Assembly: GCA_965140445.1 (NCBI GenBank)
Contig: OZ223236.1
Coordinates: forward strand, 4,704,001 to 4,768,000
Direction of reading: 5' to 3'
From: Candidatus Ozemobacteraceae bacterium
GTDB lineage: Bacteria > Muiribacteriota > Ozemobacteria > Ozemobacterales > Ozemobacteraceae
DNA length: 64,000 bases
Shown here in pieces: positions 1 through 9,529 of this stretch. The notes under the pieces are model-generated. The model had not been told where the DNA came from, ran no database searches, and was given only the letters and a program-made list of their open reading frames with translations. Each line of letters starts with the position of its first letter. The stretch's first letter is position 1. A program made the translations under genes and the position numbers.

Positions 1-1
1 T

Positions 2-373
2 ACAACAACAGTTAAACTCCAATCTGATCAAACAACAAGTATTTCAGCTCTGAAAAGCTTAGTTAGTGACTTTGTTAAAGAAAGAGAATGGGAAAAATAC
101 CATTCTCCAAAAAATGTTGCAGTCTCAGTCGTTCTTGAAGCGGCTGAGCTGCTTGAACATTTTCAGTGGGCTCCCCCAGCCCCTGAAGAAATAGATGAAA
201 AAAAGCGCGAAGAAATCGGGGAAGAACTTTCTGATGTAATGGCATACCTGCTTAGCCTGGCCAATGTCCTTGACATAGATGTGTCTCAGGCTATGACCAG
301 GAAAATGGTAAAAAATAGAGCGAAATACCCAACTTCCGATTGTCTCGGAACCTGGCAAAAAACAGAGAGATAG
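2..373 (+). CDS. MazG-like nucleotide pyrophosphohydrolase (5' partial)
   Basis: Not in the ORF track. Frame 2 is open from the window edge and reads FVKEREWEKYHSPKNVAVSVVLEAAELLEHFQW...IGEELSDVMAYLLSLAN...KNRAKYP, stopping at TAG 371-373. This is the dCTP pyrophosphatase/MazG-like pattern. Confidence 0.88.
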   Translation, partial: TTTVKLQSDQTTSISALKSLVSDFVKEREWEKYHSPKNVAVSVVLEAAELLEHFQWAPPAPEEIDEKKREEIGEELSDVMAYLLSLANVLDIDVSQAMTRKMVKNRAKYPTSDCLGTWQKTER

Positions 374-382
374 AAAAAAAAT

Positions 383-748
383 ATGAAGGAATTCTTGTGG
401 GCATGGATTTTCTGGGCATCTGTGGTCTTTTGTACCCTTTTGGCTACAAGTCTGATGGTTGCTTTCTGGTTGTATTCGACTGCCCCAATGAATGACCACA
501 CTCCTGTCTTTGCAGCTGGTTTTGGATTCGGATTTGGATTCTTTGGTCTCGGCGCATTGACTCTTTTTGCATTCGACAGGTTCTCTAAGAAAAGCCTTGT
601 ATTCAAAGAGGTTGAGAACGAGTTCTTTAATAAAGTAATTCGTGAAATGCCCTTTTTCTTCTTCGCTCTCTCATACTTCTTTTCTCTAGCCATATATATG
701 GGTATCTATTTGTTGGTTCTCTCATATATAAGAAATGCCTGCATATAA
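383..748 (+). CDS. small membrane protein (3 TM), hypothetical
   Basis: Three hydrophobic segments; tightly packed between its neighbours. Confidence 0.65.
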   Translation: MKEFLWAWIFWASVVFCTLLATSLMVAFWLYSTAPMNDHTPVFAAGFGFGFGFFGLGALTLFAFDRFSKKSLVFKEVENEFFNKVIREMPFFFFALSYFFSLAIYMGIYLLVLSYIRNACI

Positions 749-1907
749 AATGAAAAAGAGAAACAGATTTATTCGCAAACTAGATAAGTTCCAACTTTTA
801 ACTATTCCAATAGTTCTTTTCCTGTTGTGGAATATTTTCGGCGCCAGAAGTGCATCTCTCAAAGTTGGCGTAATTTTACCACTTTCGAGCGAGTTCTCGG
901 TAAGTGCCCAACACCAGAAAAATGGCATAATGCTGGCTCTTGAGCACATAAATAATGCTGGCGGAATAAATGGCCGTAAACTTGAAATTGTTATTTCTGA
1001 CAATGAAGGCTCACAATTAAAAACCGCGAGAATCTGTCGAGACATGATCTATGAAGACTCCATTATATGTATGCTCGGCGGAATTTATCCAGAAAACACC
1101 CGAATAATGAAGTTTTTCTGTGAAAAATCACACACACCCTTTTTAACTTCTGCATGCACCCATTTTGAAATTACAGATTCTGGCAGTCCTTACACTTTCA
1201 GAAACATAACTGATGACATAAAGCAATTTGAAGCACTCTCAGATTATGCTCTAAATAAAGTAAACTGTAAAAAGCCGGCGATTATTTATGATACAGAAAT
1301 TTACGGCGCAGAAAGTGCCCAGAAACTCATAGAAATCGCTATTAGAAATGGCCAGGTAGTAACCGCTGCCGTTTCTTTTAAAAGTGGTTCTCTCAATTAC
1401 AAGAACCAGATCGAAGTGGTAAAATCTTCAAATCCAGATGGACTGTTTATTCTCGCCAAACCTGTGTCGGCAGCTATGATAGTAAGGCACTTTAAAGAAA
1501 GCGGTTTTAAATATCCAATTTTTGGTGGAAACAGCCTGGCAACCAAATCTTTTATTGGTTATGCCGGAGCCTATGGCGAATACACTACCACTACCCTTCC
1601 GTTTAATCCCAGACTTGGCGGACAAAGAGCTGAGTATTTCATGTCAGAATATCTGGAAAGTTATTCGATCCAGGCTGATTCAGACGCTTTTCTGGCATAT
1701 GAAGCTCTAATGCTTACATCACTAGCTCTGAAAGCTTCCGACAACGATACGGGAAGAATCAAAGCCGCCTTCTCTGCCATGCATGGCTGGGATAGTGTCG
1801 CGGGCTCTGGTGGATTTGACACTTCTGGAAATCAGGTTAGACCAGCACAACTTGCAGTAATAAAAGAAGAGCAGGCTATTCCGGTAGGTATGGAGGAATT
1901 GTTTTGA
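735..1907 (+). CDS. LivK/Peripla_BP_6-type ABC substrate-binding protein
   Basis: LKVGVILPLS, GIMLALEHINNAGGINGRKLEIVISDN, SPYTFR, AYEA motifs; start may be ATG 750. Confidence 0.85.
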   Translation: MPAYKMKKRNRFIRKLDKFQLLTIPIVLFLLWNIFGARSASLKVGVILPLSSEFSVSAQHQKNGIMLALEHINNAGGINGRKLEIVISDNEGSQLKTARICRDMIYEDSIICMLGGIYPENTRIMKFFCEKSHTPFLTSACTHFEITDSGSPYTFRNITDDIKQFEALSDYALNKVNCKKPAIIYDTEIYGAESAQKLIEIAIRNGQVVTAAVSFKSGSLNYKNQIEVVKSSNPDGLFILAKPVSAAMIVRHFKESGFKYPIFGGNSLATKSFIGYAGAYGEYTTTTLPFNPRLGGQRAEYFMSEYLESYSIQADSDAFLAYEALMLTSLALKASDNDTGRIKAAFSAMHGWDSVAGSGGFDTSGNQVRPAQLAVIKEEQAIPVGMEELF

Positions 1908-3067
1908 GTACTCCCGATGATGCTGCTGAAAAAAAAGGTGGGCTCTTATCGAGCATATTTTTCTGGGTAATTGTAATTGGTATTTTTTATCTTTTTTTGC
2001 ATTACAAAGAAAGTGTTATAGAAATACCAGACACAGAAAATAGAGTTGTCAAGAATACGGCTGGAGTTGAAACTAGCGAAAAATCAGCAAAAGCAGAAAC
2101 CTCGGCAGCCCCAAGAAGCATATCAAAGGTTCCAGGTGAAGGCTCTATGGTAATGATTCCGTGGAGCAACCTTATAGAAACCGCACCGGTTAATGATATT
2201 TTGATTGATCCTTCAGGAACCGTTTGGGCTGCAACGGAAAAAGGTCTGACTTCAATTTCCAATGAAATAAAAAGAGATTTCTCTCAAGATTCTGGAAGCT
2301 TCCCTGTACCGCAAGCTGAATGCCTTGCCCACGATGGGAATAAACTGATTATTGGTACCTTATTCGGATTATTTTCAAGAGATAAACAAGGCAAAGTTGA
2401 ATTAATTGGCGAAGATCAGGGTATAAAAAATGAAATCATATGGTCACTTGATTATGACGGCTCTACCGTTTGGGTTGGAACCCAGGATGGTTTTGCCTTC
2501 CGAAGCAAAAGTGGCAGATTCAATGTCATTGATGGCAAAATTTCCAATGGCGGATTGCGTAATCTGTGGTGCCAGCATATATATAAATTTGCAAACTGGC
2601 TTGTGGTTTCAAATGACAAAGGTCTTAGCATCTGGAATACCACCTTCAAAGCCTCTAACCCGGACATTTGGAAAAATATTGATTATATAAGAGCTGGCAT
2701 TCAGCGCCCGGTAACCGGCCTGGCTTTTGATGGAAAAAGACTCTGGCTATCAACAACCAAGGGAATATTTGCTTTAACAACATCTTTGCAGAAAATTTTT
2801 TCAGGCTCAGTTTCAAACTTTGTTAATTATACAGAAGTGCATGGACTTCCATCAAACCACGTAAATGCAATTGTCGCACAGAACGGTTCCCTCTGGATTG
2901 GCACTAACACTGGCTTAGCAAGGTTAAAAGACGATCAGATAAAAATTGTTAACCCCACAGTTGGACATTTTTCATCACTCATAAGAGCCTTGGCCATTAG
3001 TGGAGATATTCTCTGGATTGGCACGGACAAAGGCATTCACTACATTAACACTGCGATGGTTGATTAG
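1904..3067 (+). CDS. membrane-anchored beta-propeller (Reg_prop repeat) protein
   Basis: N-terminal TM; repeated W(I/V)GTxxGL blades and GLPSNHVNAI. Confidence 0.8.
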   Translation: MSTPDDAAEKKGGLLSSIFFWVIVIGIFYLFLHYKESVIEIPDTENRVVKNTAGVETSEKSAKAETSAAPRSISKVPGEGSMVMIPWSNLIETAPVNDILIDPSGTVWAATEKGLTSISNEIKRDFSQDSGSFPVPQAECLAHDGNKLIIGTLFGLFSRDKQGKVELIGEDQGIKNEIIWSLDYDGSTVWVGTQDGFAFRSKSGRFNVIDGKISNGGLRNLWCQHIYKFANWLVVSNDKGLSIWNTTFKASNPDIWKNIDYIRAGIQRPVTGLAFDGKRLWLSTTKGIFALTTSLQKIFSGSVSNFVNYTEVHGLPSNHVNAIVAQNGSLWIGTNTGLARLKDDQIKIVNPTVGHFSSLIRALAISGDILWIGTDKGIHYINTAMVD

Positions 3068-3079
3068 GGGCTAATTTCA

Positions 3080-5143
3080 ATGATTAATGAAAGAATACAA
3101 CAGCTCAGAAAAGAGCTAAGAAAGCATGAACATCTTTATTATGTTAAAAGTGAACCTGTCATCAGTGACATAGAGTATGACAGATTATACAAAGAACTTG
3201 CCGAGCTGGAAAAAGCAAACCCGCATTTAATCACTCCTGATTCCCCTACTCAAAGAATTGGGGAAACGGTAACTTCTTTTTTAACTCGCCCACATAGAGT
3301 TCCAATGATGAGTATCGATAATTCATACTCTATTAACGACATTAAAGACTGGATTTTGAGACTTGAAAAACTTGCCGGAAGAGATGTTTTCCCAATCGTA
3401 GCCGAGTTAAAAATAGACGGGGTCTCAGGATCGTTACACTATTCCGGTAAAACTTTTCAAGATGGCTCTACACGAGGCAATGGTATAGAGGGTGATCTGA
3501 TTACCGAGAATCTCCGCACCATTAAATCCCTTCCGTTATCCATTAAAAGCGATTTTGACATGGATATTCGAGGTGAAATTTATACAGCCAAATCAAAATT
3601 GGTAGAATTGAATCAGGCACGAATTGAAAAGGGCGAAGATCTATTCAAAAATTGTCGAAACCTTACATCTGGAACGGTCAAAAGTCTGGACCCAAAAGTT
3701 GCAGCAAGCCGGGGCCTTCAAATCATGGTGTACGGAATAGCACAAGCAAAAGCCCTTGGTTTTACATCCCACTCAGAAGCTTTAAAATTTCTTTCAGAGC
3801 AAGGTTTTAAGCTCAATGAAAGATTTGAAGTCTGTAATAACATTGATGAAATTGAAAAATTTATTTCAAAAATTCAATCAGAAAAAGACCAGCTGGACTT
3901 TGACATCGACGGCATAGTCTTAAAAGTGGATAGCCTTTCTTTGCAGGAAGAACTTGGAGAAACCTCAAAAGCCCCAAGATGGGCAATTGCCTACAAATAT
4001 CCCCAGGACAGAGTAGAGACGATATTAAAAGAAGTTACCTGGCAGGTTGGAAGACAGCAATTAACTCCTGTTGCAGAACTTGAACCGGTTGAAATTGGCG
4101 GAACAACGGTTTCAAGGGCTTCACTTCATAATTTGGATCAAATTGAGGAAAAAGACATCAGAATTGGGGACACGGTAATAATCGAAAAGGCGGGCTACAT
4201 CATTCCCTACGTAGTAGCCCCAAAAATAGAGTTAAGAACAGATAAGACTGTGAAGATAACTCCCCCTCAAAAATGCCCTGCATGTGAGGGATCAGTTGAA
4301 GTATATAAATCTGGCGAGGAAGACAAATCGGATTCAACAATAGTTAGATGCACAAACCCCAACTGTGTTGGTGTACTCTCCAGACGAATTATTTATTTTA
4401 TCAGTCAGATGGAAATAGAAAATTTTGGTCCCCAACTTGTAGATCAGTTACTTAATCAGGGAATTTTAAAATCAGTTGAAGACCTTTTTACGCTTAGCAT
4501 AGAAACCTTGGCTAACCTTGAAAGAATGGGACAAAAATCAGCTGAAAAAGTTTTTGCCAGTATTCAAAATGCAAAAAAGGCATCTCTGGGAAAATTAATT
4601 TCTGCTCTTGGCATTCCAAATGTAGGAACAGTATTGGGCGAAGATATTGCTGAGGCTTTTAAATACGATTTTCATGCCTTTCTTAATTCCACTCCAGACG
4701 ACCTGGTCGATAAAAAGGAAGTTAAAATCAAAGGGGTTAAATTCAAGGTTGCAGCTGACATCATTTCCTTCTTAAGCAGCCCTGAAAATACAGGCTTAAT
4801 AGAGGCATTGAAATCCTGGTGGACTGGCCCAGATGAAGATTCCTTAAAGGAACAAAAAAAATCCAATATCCTTGAAGGAAAAACTTTTGTCATAACAGGA
4901 GAAGCTGAAGTTCCAAGAAAGCTTCTGGAAGAACTTGTTAAAAATCACGGCGGGGCAGTTAAATCTAGCGTTTCGAAAGCAACACAATATCTTCTGATTG
5001 GCTCAAAAGTTGAAGAAAACTTCACATCTTCGAAAAAAAGCAAAGCTAATTCCCTAAATGTTCCGATCATTAATGAGAACGACCTATTTGATTTAGTTGG
5101 AGTAACTTTAGAAGATGTCAAAAATTCAGGGAAACATCAGTGA
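3080..5143 (+). CDS. ligA: NAD-dependent DNA ligase
   Basis: ELKIDG adenylation motif, TRGNG, PRWAIAYKY, OB fold, Zn finger CPAC..C..C, HhH, BRCT (GKTFVITG). Confidence 0.97.
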   Translation: MINERIQQLRKELRKHEHLYYVKSEPVISDIEYDRLYKELAELEKANPHLITPDSPTQRIGETVTSFLTRPHRVPMMSIDNSYSINDIKDWILRLEKLAGRDVFPIVAELKIDGVSGSLHYSGKTFQDGSTRGNGIEGDLITENLRTIKSLPLSIKSDFDMDIRGEIYTAKSKLVELNQARIEKGEDLFKNCRNLTSGTVKSLDPKVAASRGLQIMVYGIAQAKALGFTSHSEALKFLSEQGFKLNERFEVCNNIDEIEKFISKIQSEKDQLDFDIDGIVLKVDSLSLQEELGETSKAPRWAIAYKYPQDRVETILKEVTWQVGRQQLTPVAELEPVEIGGTTVSRASLHNLDQIEEKDIRIGDTVIIEKAGYIIPYVVAPKIELRTDKTVKITPPQKCPACEGSVEVYKSGEEDKSDSTIVRCTNPNCVGVLSRRIIYFISQMEIENFGPQLVDQLLNQGILKSVEDLFTLSIETLANLERMGQKSAEKVFASIQNAKKASLGKLISALGIPNVGTVLGEDIAEAFKYDFHAFLNSTPDDLVDKKEVKIKGVKFKVAADIISFLSSPENTGLIEALKSWWTGPDEDSLKEQKKSNILEGKTFVITGEAEVPRKLLEELVKNHGGAVKSSVSKATQYLLIGSKVEENFTSSKKSKANSLNVPIINENDLFDLVGVTLEDVKNSGKHQ

Positions 5144-5864
5144 GGTATTTGCTTCTATACAAGGCGAAGGCCTTCATGTAGGCACTATGCAGCTATTTAT
5201 CAGAATGAGTGGCTGCAACTTACGATGTAAAAACTGTGATGTTAAAGAGCACCTGACGACAGAAGATTCTTTTACGATTCGTCCGTGGCCGGGACAGCGC
5301 TTAATTAGAGTTTCCAATCCAATTACTCCAGAAAAATTGTTTCAAAAAATAAGTGCCAATTTTCCTGTTAAAGACTTTACTGCTATTTCTTTTACAGGCG
5401 GAGAGCCTCTTTTTCAAGCTGATTTCATAAAAAAAATGGTTCCCATGTTTGCAGAGGCAGAGGTTCCTGTTTTTATAGAATCAAATGGTACACTGCACCG
5501 GGAGTTTGATAAATTTAAGGGACTGAATGTTTTTTGGAGCGTTGATCTTAAACTTTCAAAAAACTGGGGTTTAAACGGGAAACTCTTAAAAAAGCACAAG
5601 GCTTTCGTTAGTAAATTAAATCCCAAATATGCATATATTAGAATTATTCTGGATACAGATGACGATCCAGATCAAATAATTGAGAGTCTTTCGAATCTAG
5701 ATTTGAAAAATTTTAAAATGGTAATTCAACCTTTCTCAAAAGCTCCCTCTCACGTTAGTGATTGGGATACGAGCACTATTCTCGAATGGATAAAACTTTT
5801 CAGACCATATTTTTTGGAGGTTAGATGGATTCCGCAGGTCCATAAACTGTTGCGAATTCCATAG
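5115..5864 (+). CDS. queE: 7-carboxy-7-deazaguanine synthase (radical SAM)
   Basis: SEVFASIQGEG, FIRMSGCNLRCKNCD, TGGEP, IESNG, PQVHK. Confidence 0.85.
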   Translation: MSKIQGNISEVFASIQGEGLHVGTMQLFIRMSGCNLRCKNCDVKEHLTTEDSFTIRPWPGQRLIRVSNPITPEKLFQKISANFPVKDFTAISFTGGEPLFQADFIKKMVPMFAEAEVPVFIESNGTLHREFDKFKGLNVFWSVDLKLSKNWGLNGKLLKKHKAFVSKLNPKYAYIRIILDTDDDPDQIIESLSNLDLKNFKMVIQPFSKAPSHVSDWDTSTILEWIKLFRPYFLEVRWIPQVHKLLRIP

Positions 5865-5928
5865 TTTTACTGTATGTTATTTAACGTTGGACAAATTTTA
5901 ACCGGAGCAGCTAGTAAACGGTGTAATT

Positions 5929-6900
5929 ATGGCACTTAACGACAAACTTTTTTTACCGAAAGAAACCATCTGCCCGATTTGTGAAAAGGGCTTTACTAGA
6001 TTTATTCTGAAGAAAAAACAATTCAGTTTAGATAAAAGAGACATTGACTATCGACCAGTTTATCTTGGTTCGATTAACCCACGTTTTTTTGGGATTTGCG
6101 TTTGTCCGCATTGTTATTATGCAGCTGAAGATAAATACTTCTGCCCAGTGATGAGTGCTGATGATCTAAGAAAAAAACAACTTCTTGATAGTCATAAAGC
6201 GCAATGGGAAGCAGCAAGCAGAGTAAGAGCAGCATCCAGCGGTCAACAAATATGGAAAGATGCTGAATCTGAAAAGCTTAGAGAGCTTACCCCAATTAAT
6301 GTTGCAATCCTAAGAAAAATTTCGCCTCTTCTGGAAAAAGTTGCGGCAAATATTTCTCAAAAAGACAAGCCTGTGAATGAGCTTCAAAAGGAAGGCGACT
6401 TAGACGTTGCCGTTCGTTCATGGGAATTGGCAGCCATCTGTTATAAAGCCAGAAAAACTAACCACAGAATTCTTGGTTATACCTATCTTAATGGTGCGTG
6501 GGCTGCCCGTGATGCTGCAGAAGCCGTAACAGAAGACCATTTAAAAGAGCGCTACAAAGCTTTTGAAAGAGCCTATCTAACAGAAGCACTGTCGTTCTTA
6601 ACGATTACCAATAAAGCTACCAGTGTTGAAGATGCTTATATGCCTGATGGAACAAGAATTCCTAAGGAAAACATCCCTCAATCCAGAGTGTTTGAAATCA
6701 TGTATATCCTTGCAGGGGCACATAGAATTCTCGGAAACATCTCTGAAAGCAATCATTATCTTGAGCAAATTATATATGGAAGCCAAAATGCGCAGGGCAT
6801 TATTCTGTGGTTTGTAAACCAGGCCAGAGAAATGAGGCAGGAAGCTGCCGATCAAGGCATTGGCCTTCCAGATGGAAATGGGAATGATGAACAAGGGTAA
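5929..6900 (+). CDS. DUF2225-like Zn-ribbon/helical protein
   Basis: CPIC...DIDYRPVY...INPRF...VCPHCYYAA followed by a TPR-like helical region (YLNGAW). Confidence 0.7.
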   Translation: MALNDKLFLPKETICPICEKGFTRFILKKKQFSLDKRDIDYRPVYLGSINPRFFGICVCPHCYYAAEDKYFCPVMSADDLRKKQLLDSHKAQWEAASRVRAASSGQQIWKDAESEKLRELTPINVAILRKISPLLEKVAANISQKDKPVNELQKEGDLDVAVRSWELAAICYKARKTNHRILGYTYLNGAWAARDAAEAVTEDHLKERYKAFERAYLTEALSFLTITNKATSVEDAYMPDGTRIPKENIPQSRVFEIMYILAGAHRILGNISESNHYLEQIIYGSQNAQGIILWFVNQAREMRQEAADQGIGLPDGNGNDEQG

Positions 6901-7618
6901 AACTGCTTTTAATCGGCATTTGAATAGAAATGCTGGTAAAGCAATAGTTGTTATTTTAGGTTTAGTAATAGCCATTTTAGTGGCTGGTTCTGCTTTTCTT
7001 TACATTCAGGGACAAAATGCCCAGGAAAAACAGGTTTCATTGCTAAATTCAGGTTATCAAGCTTTTAACAACGATGATTACAAAAAAGCCTTCGATATGT
7101 TCTCAGAATCCAGAAATGCTTTTGGACTTCCGCTTAAGGTATTTAGAGCAATAAAAGATGCTGACAGTACAAGATATGTAACGGTTGAAGAACTTGATGA
7201 ATTGTCTTTCAGCACATGTCTAACAGCTGCTCACCGAGATTTTTTCATGCTTAAATCATCTACCGAGTGGCTAAAAAAAGCACGGGAAGAATTGGGAAGA
7301 TTCTCATCAAATCCAGCTAAAAAAGCTGAATTTGAAAAGCTTGTTAAAACGGCAGAATCAATTTCAGCTCTTTGCAACCTCTATGAAGAAGAAAAGTATG
7401 AAGATGCCCTGAAAAAGCTCTTAGAAGCAGAAAAAGAAGCCTCTGAAAATGATCAGGATTTCTTCATTTTTGAAATAAGACTTCTCATCGCTTGCGGAAA
7501 AGCCCTACAAATTCCAGAAGTTATAACTCAGGCCCGGGAATTACTATTTTTCCTTTCCTACGAAGCCGGTGTAAAAAATGATAGAACCGACAAGCTTTGG
7601 GGTTTAATTGCAAATTGA
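6884..7618 (+). CDS. membrane-anchored helical (TPR-like) hypothetical protein
   Basis: N-terminal TM then an all-helical region; start ATG 6884 or 6887 is more likely than 6860. Confidence 0.6.
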   Translation: MMNKGKTAFNRHLNRNAGKAIVVILGLVIAILVAGSAFLYIQGQNAQEKQVSLLNSGYQAFNNDDYKKAFDMFSESRNAFGLPLKVFRAIKDADSTRYVTVEELDELSFSTCLTAAHRDFFMLKSSTEWLKKAREELGRFSSNPAKKAEFEKLVKTAESISALCNLYEEEKYEDALKKLLEAEKEASENDQDFFIFEIRLLIACGKALQIPEVITQARELLFFLSYEAGVKNDRTDKLWGLIAN

Positions 7619-8397
7619 TTGAAAAATATAATCCACATAGTTTACAAAAACAGGCCAGAAAATGGCCTGTTTTCTTATCAGACGCATCTCTCCCCCAGCC
7701 CAAAACCTTGAATGAGGATATGCAAGACCGCTTATCAGAAGCATGGACAGGAATTCTTAAATCCCCATATCCAATTTGTAGCACATCAAAGATTCCAGAA
7801 GATTTCATGGAGGAATTTGGTATAGATGCTTGTAGAGTCGCAGCCATATCTCCCGGGAATAATCGAGAAATTGAACACGCTCTTGAATTGGCTTTCAAGT
7901 GGGTTGGATCTGTATTTTCTTCTTTTACAAATATAGCAGCAGCCAAAACAAGCTTCAATTCATGCATTTGGGTAGAAGCGGTTTTTGCCTCAAGAGATTT
8001 ATTAAATAAAAATAAAGCCTATCAAGCTCTTGCCCGTCTAAAAAAAGCACAAAAGCTATCGCCAATAAACACTGGGCTTTCAAAGCCGGATCAGGCAATA
8101 ATTTTGGCGGGACTATTTCCCTTTATTCCAATTACCGTTGGCAGCCTGGCTTTCAGGAATGAAATATGTTTATCAGAAGGTATCGAGGCTTTAATAGCTA
8201 GTATGGCGGATATTGTTGTTATCAAATATTCCATTGGTAGTAGCGGTTGGAATTGGGGTGCATTTAATAAAGACGCCTTTGAAAATTCTAAAAAAAACTG
8301 CTTTAATAGTTTACCAATTGTAAAAAAATCCTTTGGCAATAAAGAATATCAAATTAAACAGGTTAAGAACGGATTCAAGTTATGCTTGCCAACTTAG
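7615..8397 (+). CDS. degenerate leucyl-tRNA synthetase-like protein lacking the catalytic core
   Basis: TTG 7615 overlaps the upstream TGA. LeuRS-like segments: EKYNP, PYP, PEDFMEEFGIDACR, LFPFIP, and a C-terminal domain. No HIGH or KMSKS motif. Confidence 0.6.
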   Translation: MIEKYNPHSLQKQARKWPVFLSDASLPQPKTLNEDMQDRLSEAWTGILKSPYPICSTSKIPEDFMEEFGIDACRVAAISPGNNREIEHALELAFKWVGSVFSSFTNIAAAKTSFNSCIWVEAVFASRDLLNKNKAYQALARLKKAQKLSPINTGLSKPDQAIILAGLFPFIPITVGSLAFRNEICLSEGIEALIASMADIVVIKYSIGSSGWNWGAFNKDAFENSKKNCFNSLPIVKKSFGNKEYQIKQVKNGFKLCLPT

Positions 8398-8792
8398 AAA
8401 TTAACACCTGGCAAATGAAAGCCCTGATTTTGCTGCCAATTATAGTTGCACCGATTATTGTCTATATGGAACCTGCAACAATTTCACCAATTGAGGCTGT
8501 TCCAAAGGGAGTGGCAGCTTTAACTGTCGAGCGAAAAGACAATGGTCAGCTATGGGTGAACAAGATAGAAGAGTTTCAGAGCACCAGCGCTGAATTTGTA
8601 GTAATTAATAAATCGCCAGTAGATGATTTAAAGAAGTGTCCTGGAATTGGTGAGGCAATGGCACAAATGATTGCAAAAGAACGTGGCTATAGAGAGTTTA
8701 TGAGTTGGTATGATCTGCAAACCAGAATAAAAGGCCTCAGCGAAGGAAAAATACAAAACCTTAAAGATGCTGGAGTTAAACTAAATCCGTAG
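8382..8792 (+). CDS. comEA: ComEA-like helix-hairpin-helix DNA-binding protein
   Basis: N-terminal TM; VVINKSPVDDLKKCPGIGEAMAQMIAKER...F.SWYDLQTRIKGL. Confidence 0.7.
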   Translation: MLANLEINTWQMKALILLPIIVAPIIVYMEPATISPIEAVPKGVAALTVERKDNGQLWVNKIEEFQSTSAEFVVINKSPVDDLKKCPGIGEAMAQMIAKERGYREFMSWYDLQTRIKGLSEGKIQNLKDAGVKLNP

Positions 8793-9426
8793 CTATTTTT
8801 TCACCCATTACAAAGTATAATTCTTCATTATCAATAGAATGTATAATCTTTAATCCAGCATTTAACATCATTTGCCGCAACTCTTCTGCTGGAACCAAAA
8901 CATCTTTTTTCACAACCTTACTATTAGTTGCAGCATGACACATATTAATGCTATCGCGGGATTCAGAATGGCAAATTGCCAGTCGCCCCCCAACCTTAAT
9001 AGAATTGGCCAGATGATTAAGAGTTTTTTCAGGATTAGTAAAATGAGGAAACACTGAATAGCAGATTATCAGATCAAAAAAATTCTTCTTAAATACTAGA
9101 CAGCTGACATCTTCACAGAAAAATTTGAGATTTTTAAATTGGTTTTTCTCACGAGCAATCCTCAGCATTTTTTCGGCAAAATCGACTGCTACAATTTCTC
9201 CATCGCTTCCAACCAGCTCAAAGATTCTTGGGAGCAAAACCCCAGTTCCGCAACCTACGTCCATAACCTTGAAACCAGATTTAACCTGCAACAAGGAAAA
9301 AATTACATCGAGCTTTTCTGGCTCGTGATGGCACATGGAATCCCATTTTTCTGCCACATTGTTAAAAAAATCTTTTTCCTTCTCATTTTCTTTTTCTTTC
9401 GCAAACTGATTCTGGTTTTTAGACAT
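8776..9426 (-). CDS. class I SAM-dependent methyltransferase
   Basis: FFNNVAEKWD, VMDVGCGTG, VDFAEKML, FDLIICYSVFPHF. Confidence 0.88.
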   Translation of the reverse strand: MSKNQNQFAKEKENEKEKDFFNNVAEKWDSMCHHEPEKLDVIFSLLQVKSGFKVMDVGCGTGVLLPRIFELVGSDGEIVAVDFAEKMLRIAREKNQFKNLKFFCEDVSCLVFKKNFFDLIICYSVFPHFTNPEKTLNHLANSIKVGGRLAICHSESRDSINMCHAATNSKVVKKDVLVPAEELRQMMLNAGLKIIHSIDNEELYFVMGEKIATDLV

Positions 9427-9529
9427 TAGTAACTTTCTCCCCGCATAAAGATTTTTTCTTTAGCTTATTCTTTTATTATCTTACTAAAGCAGGTAAAATC
9501 AATCATAAATTTACACAGACTGGCAAACG

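Noticed and set aside
125..693. Minus-strand ORFs 125-499 and 286-693
   Set aside because: They are antisense shadows of the MazG-like gene and the membrane protein gene.
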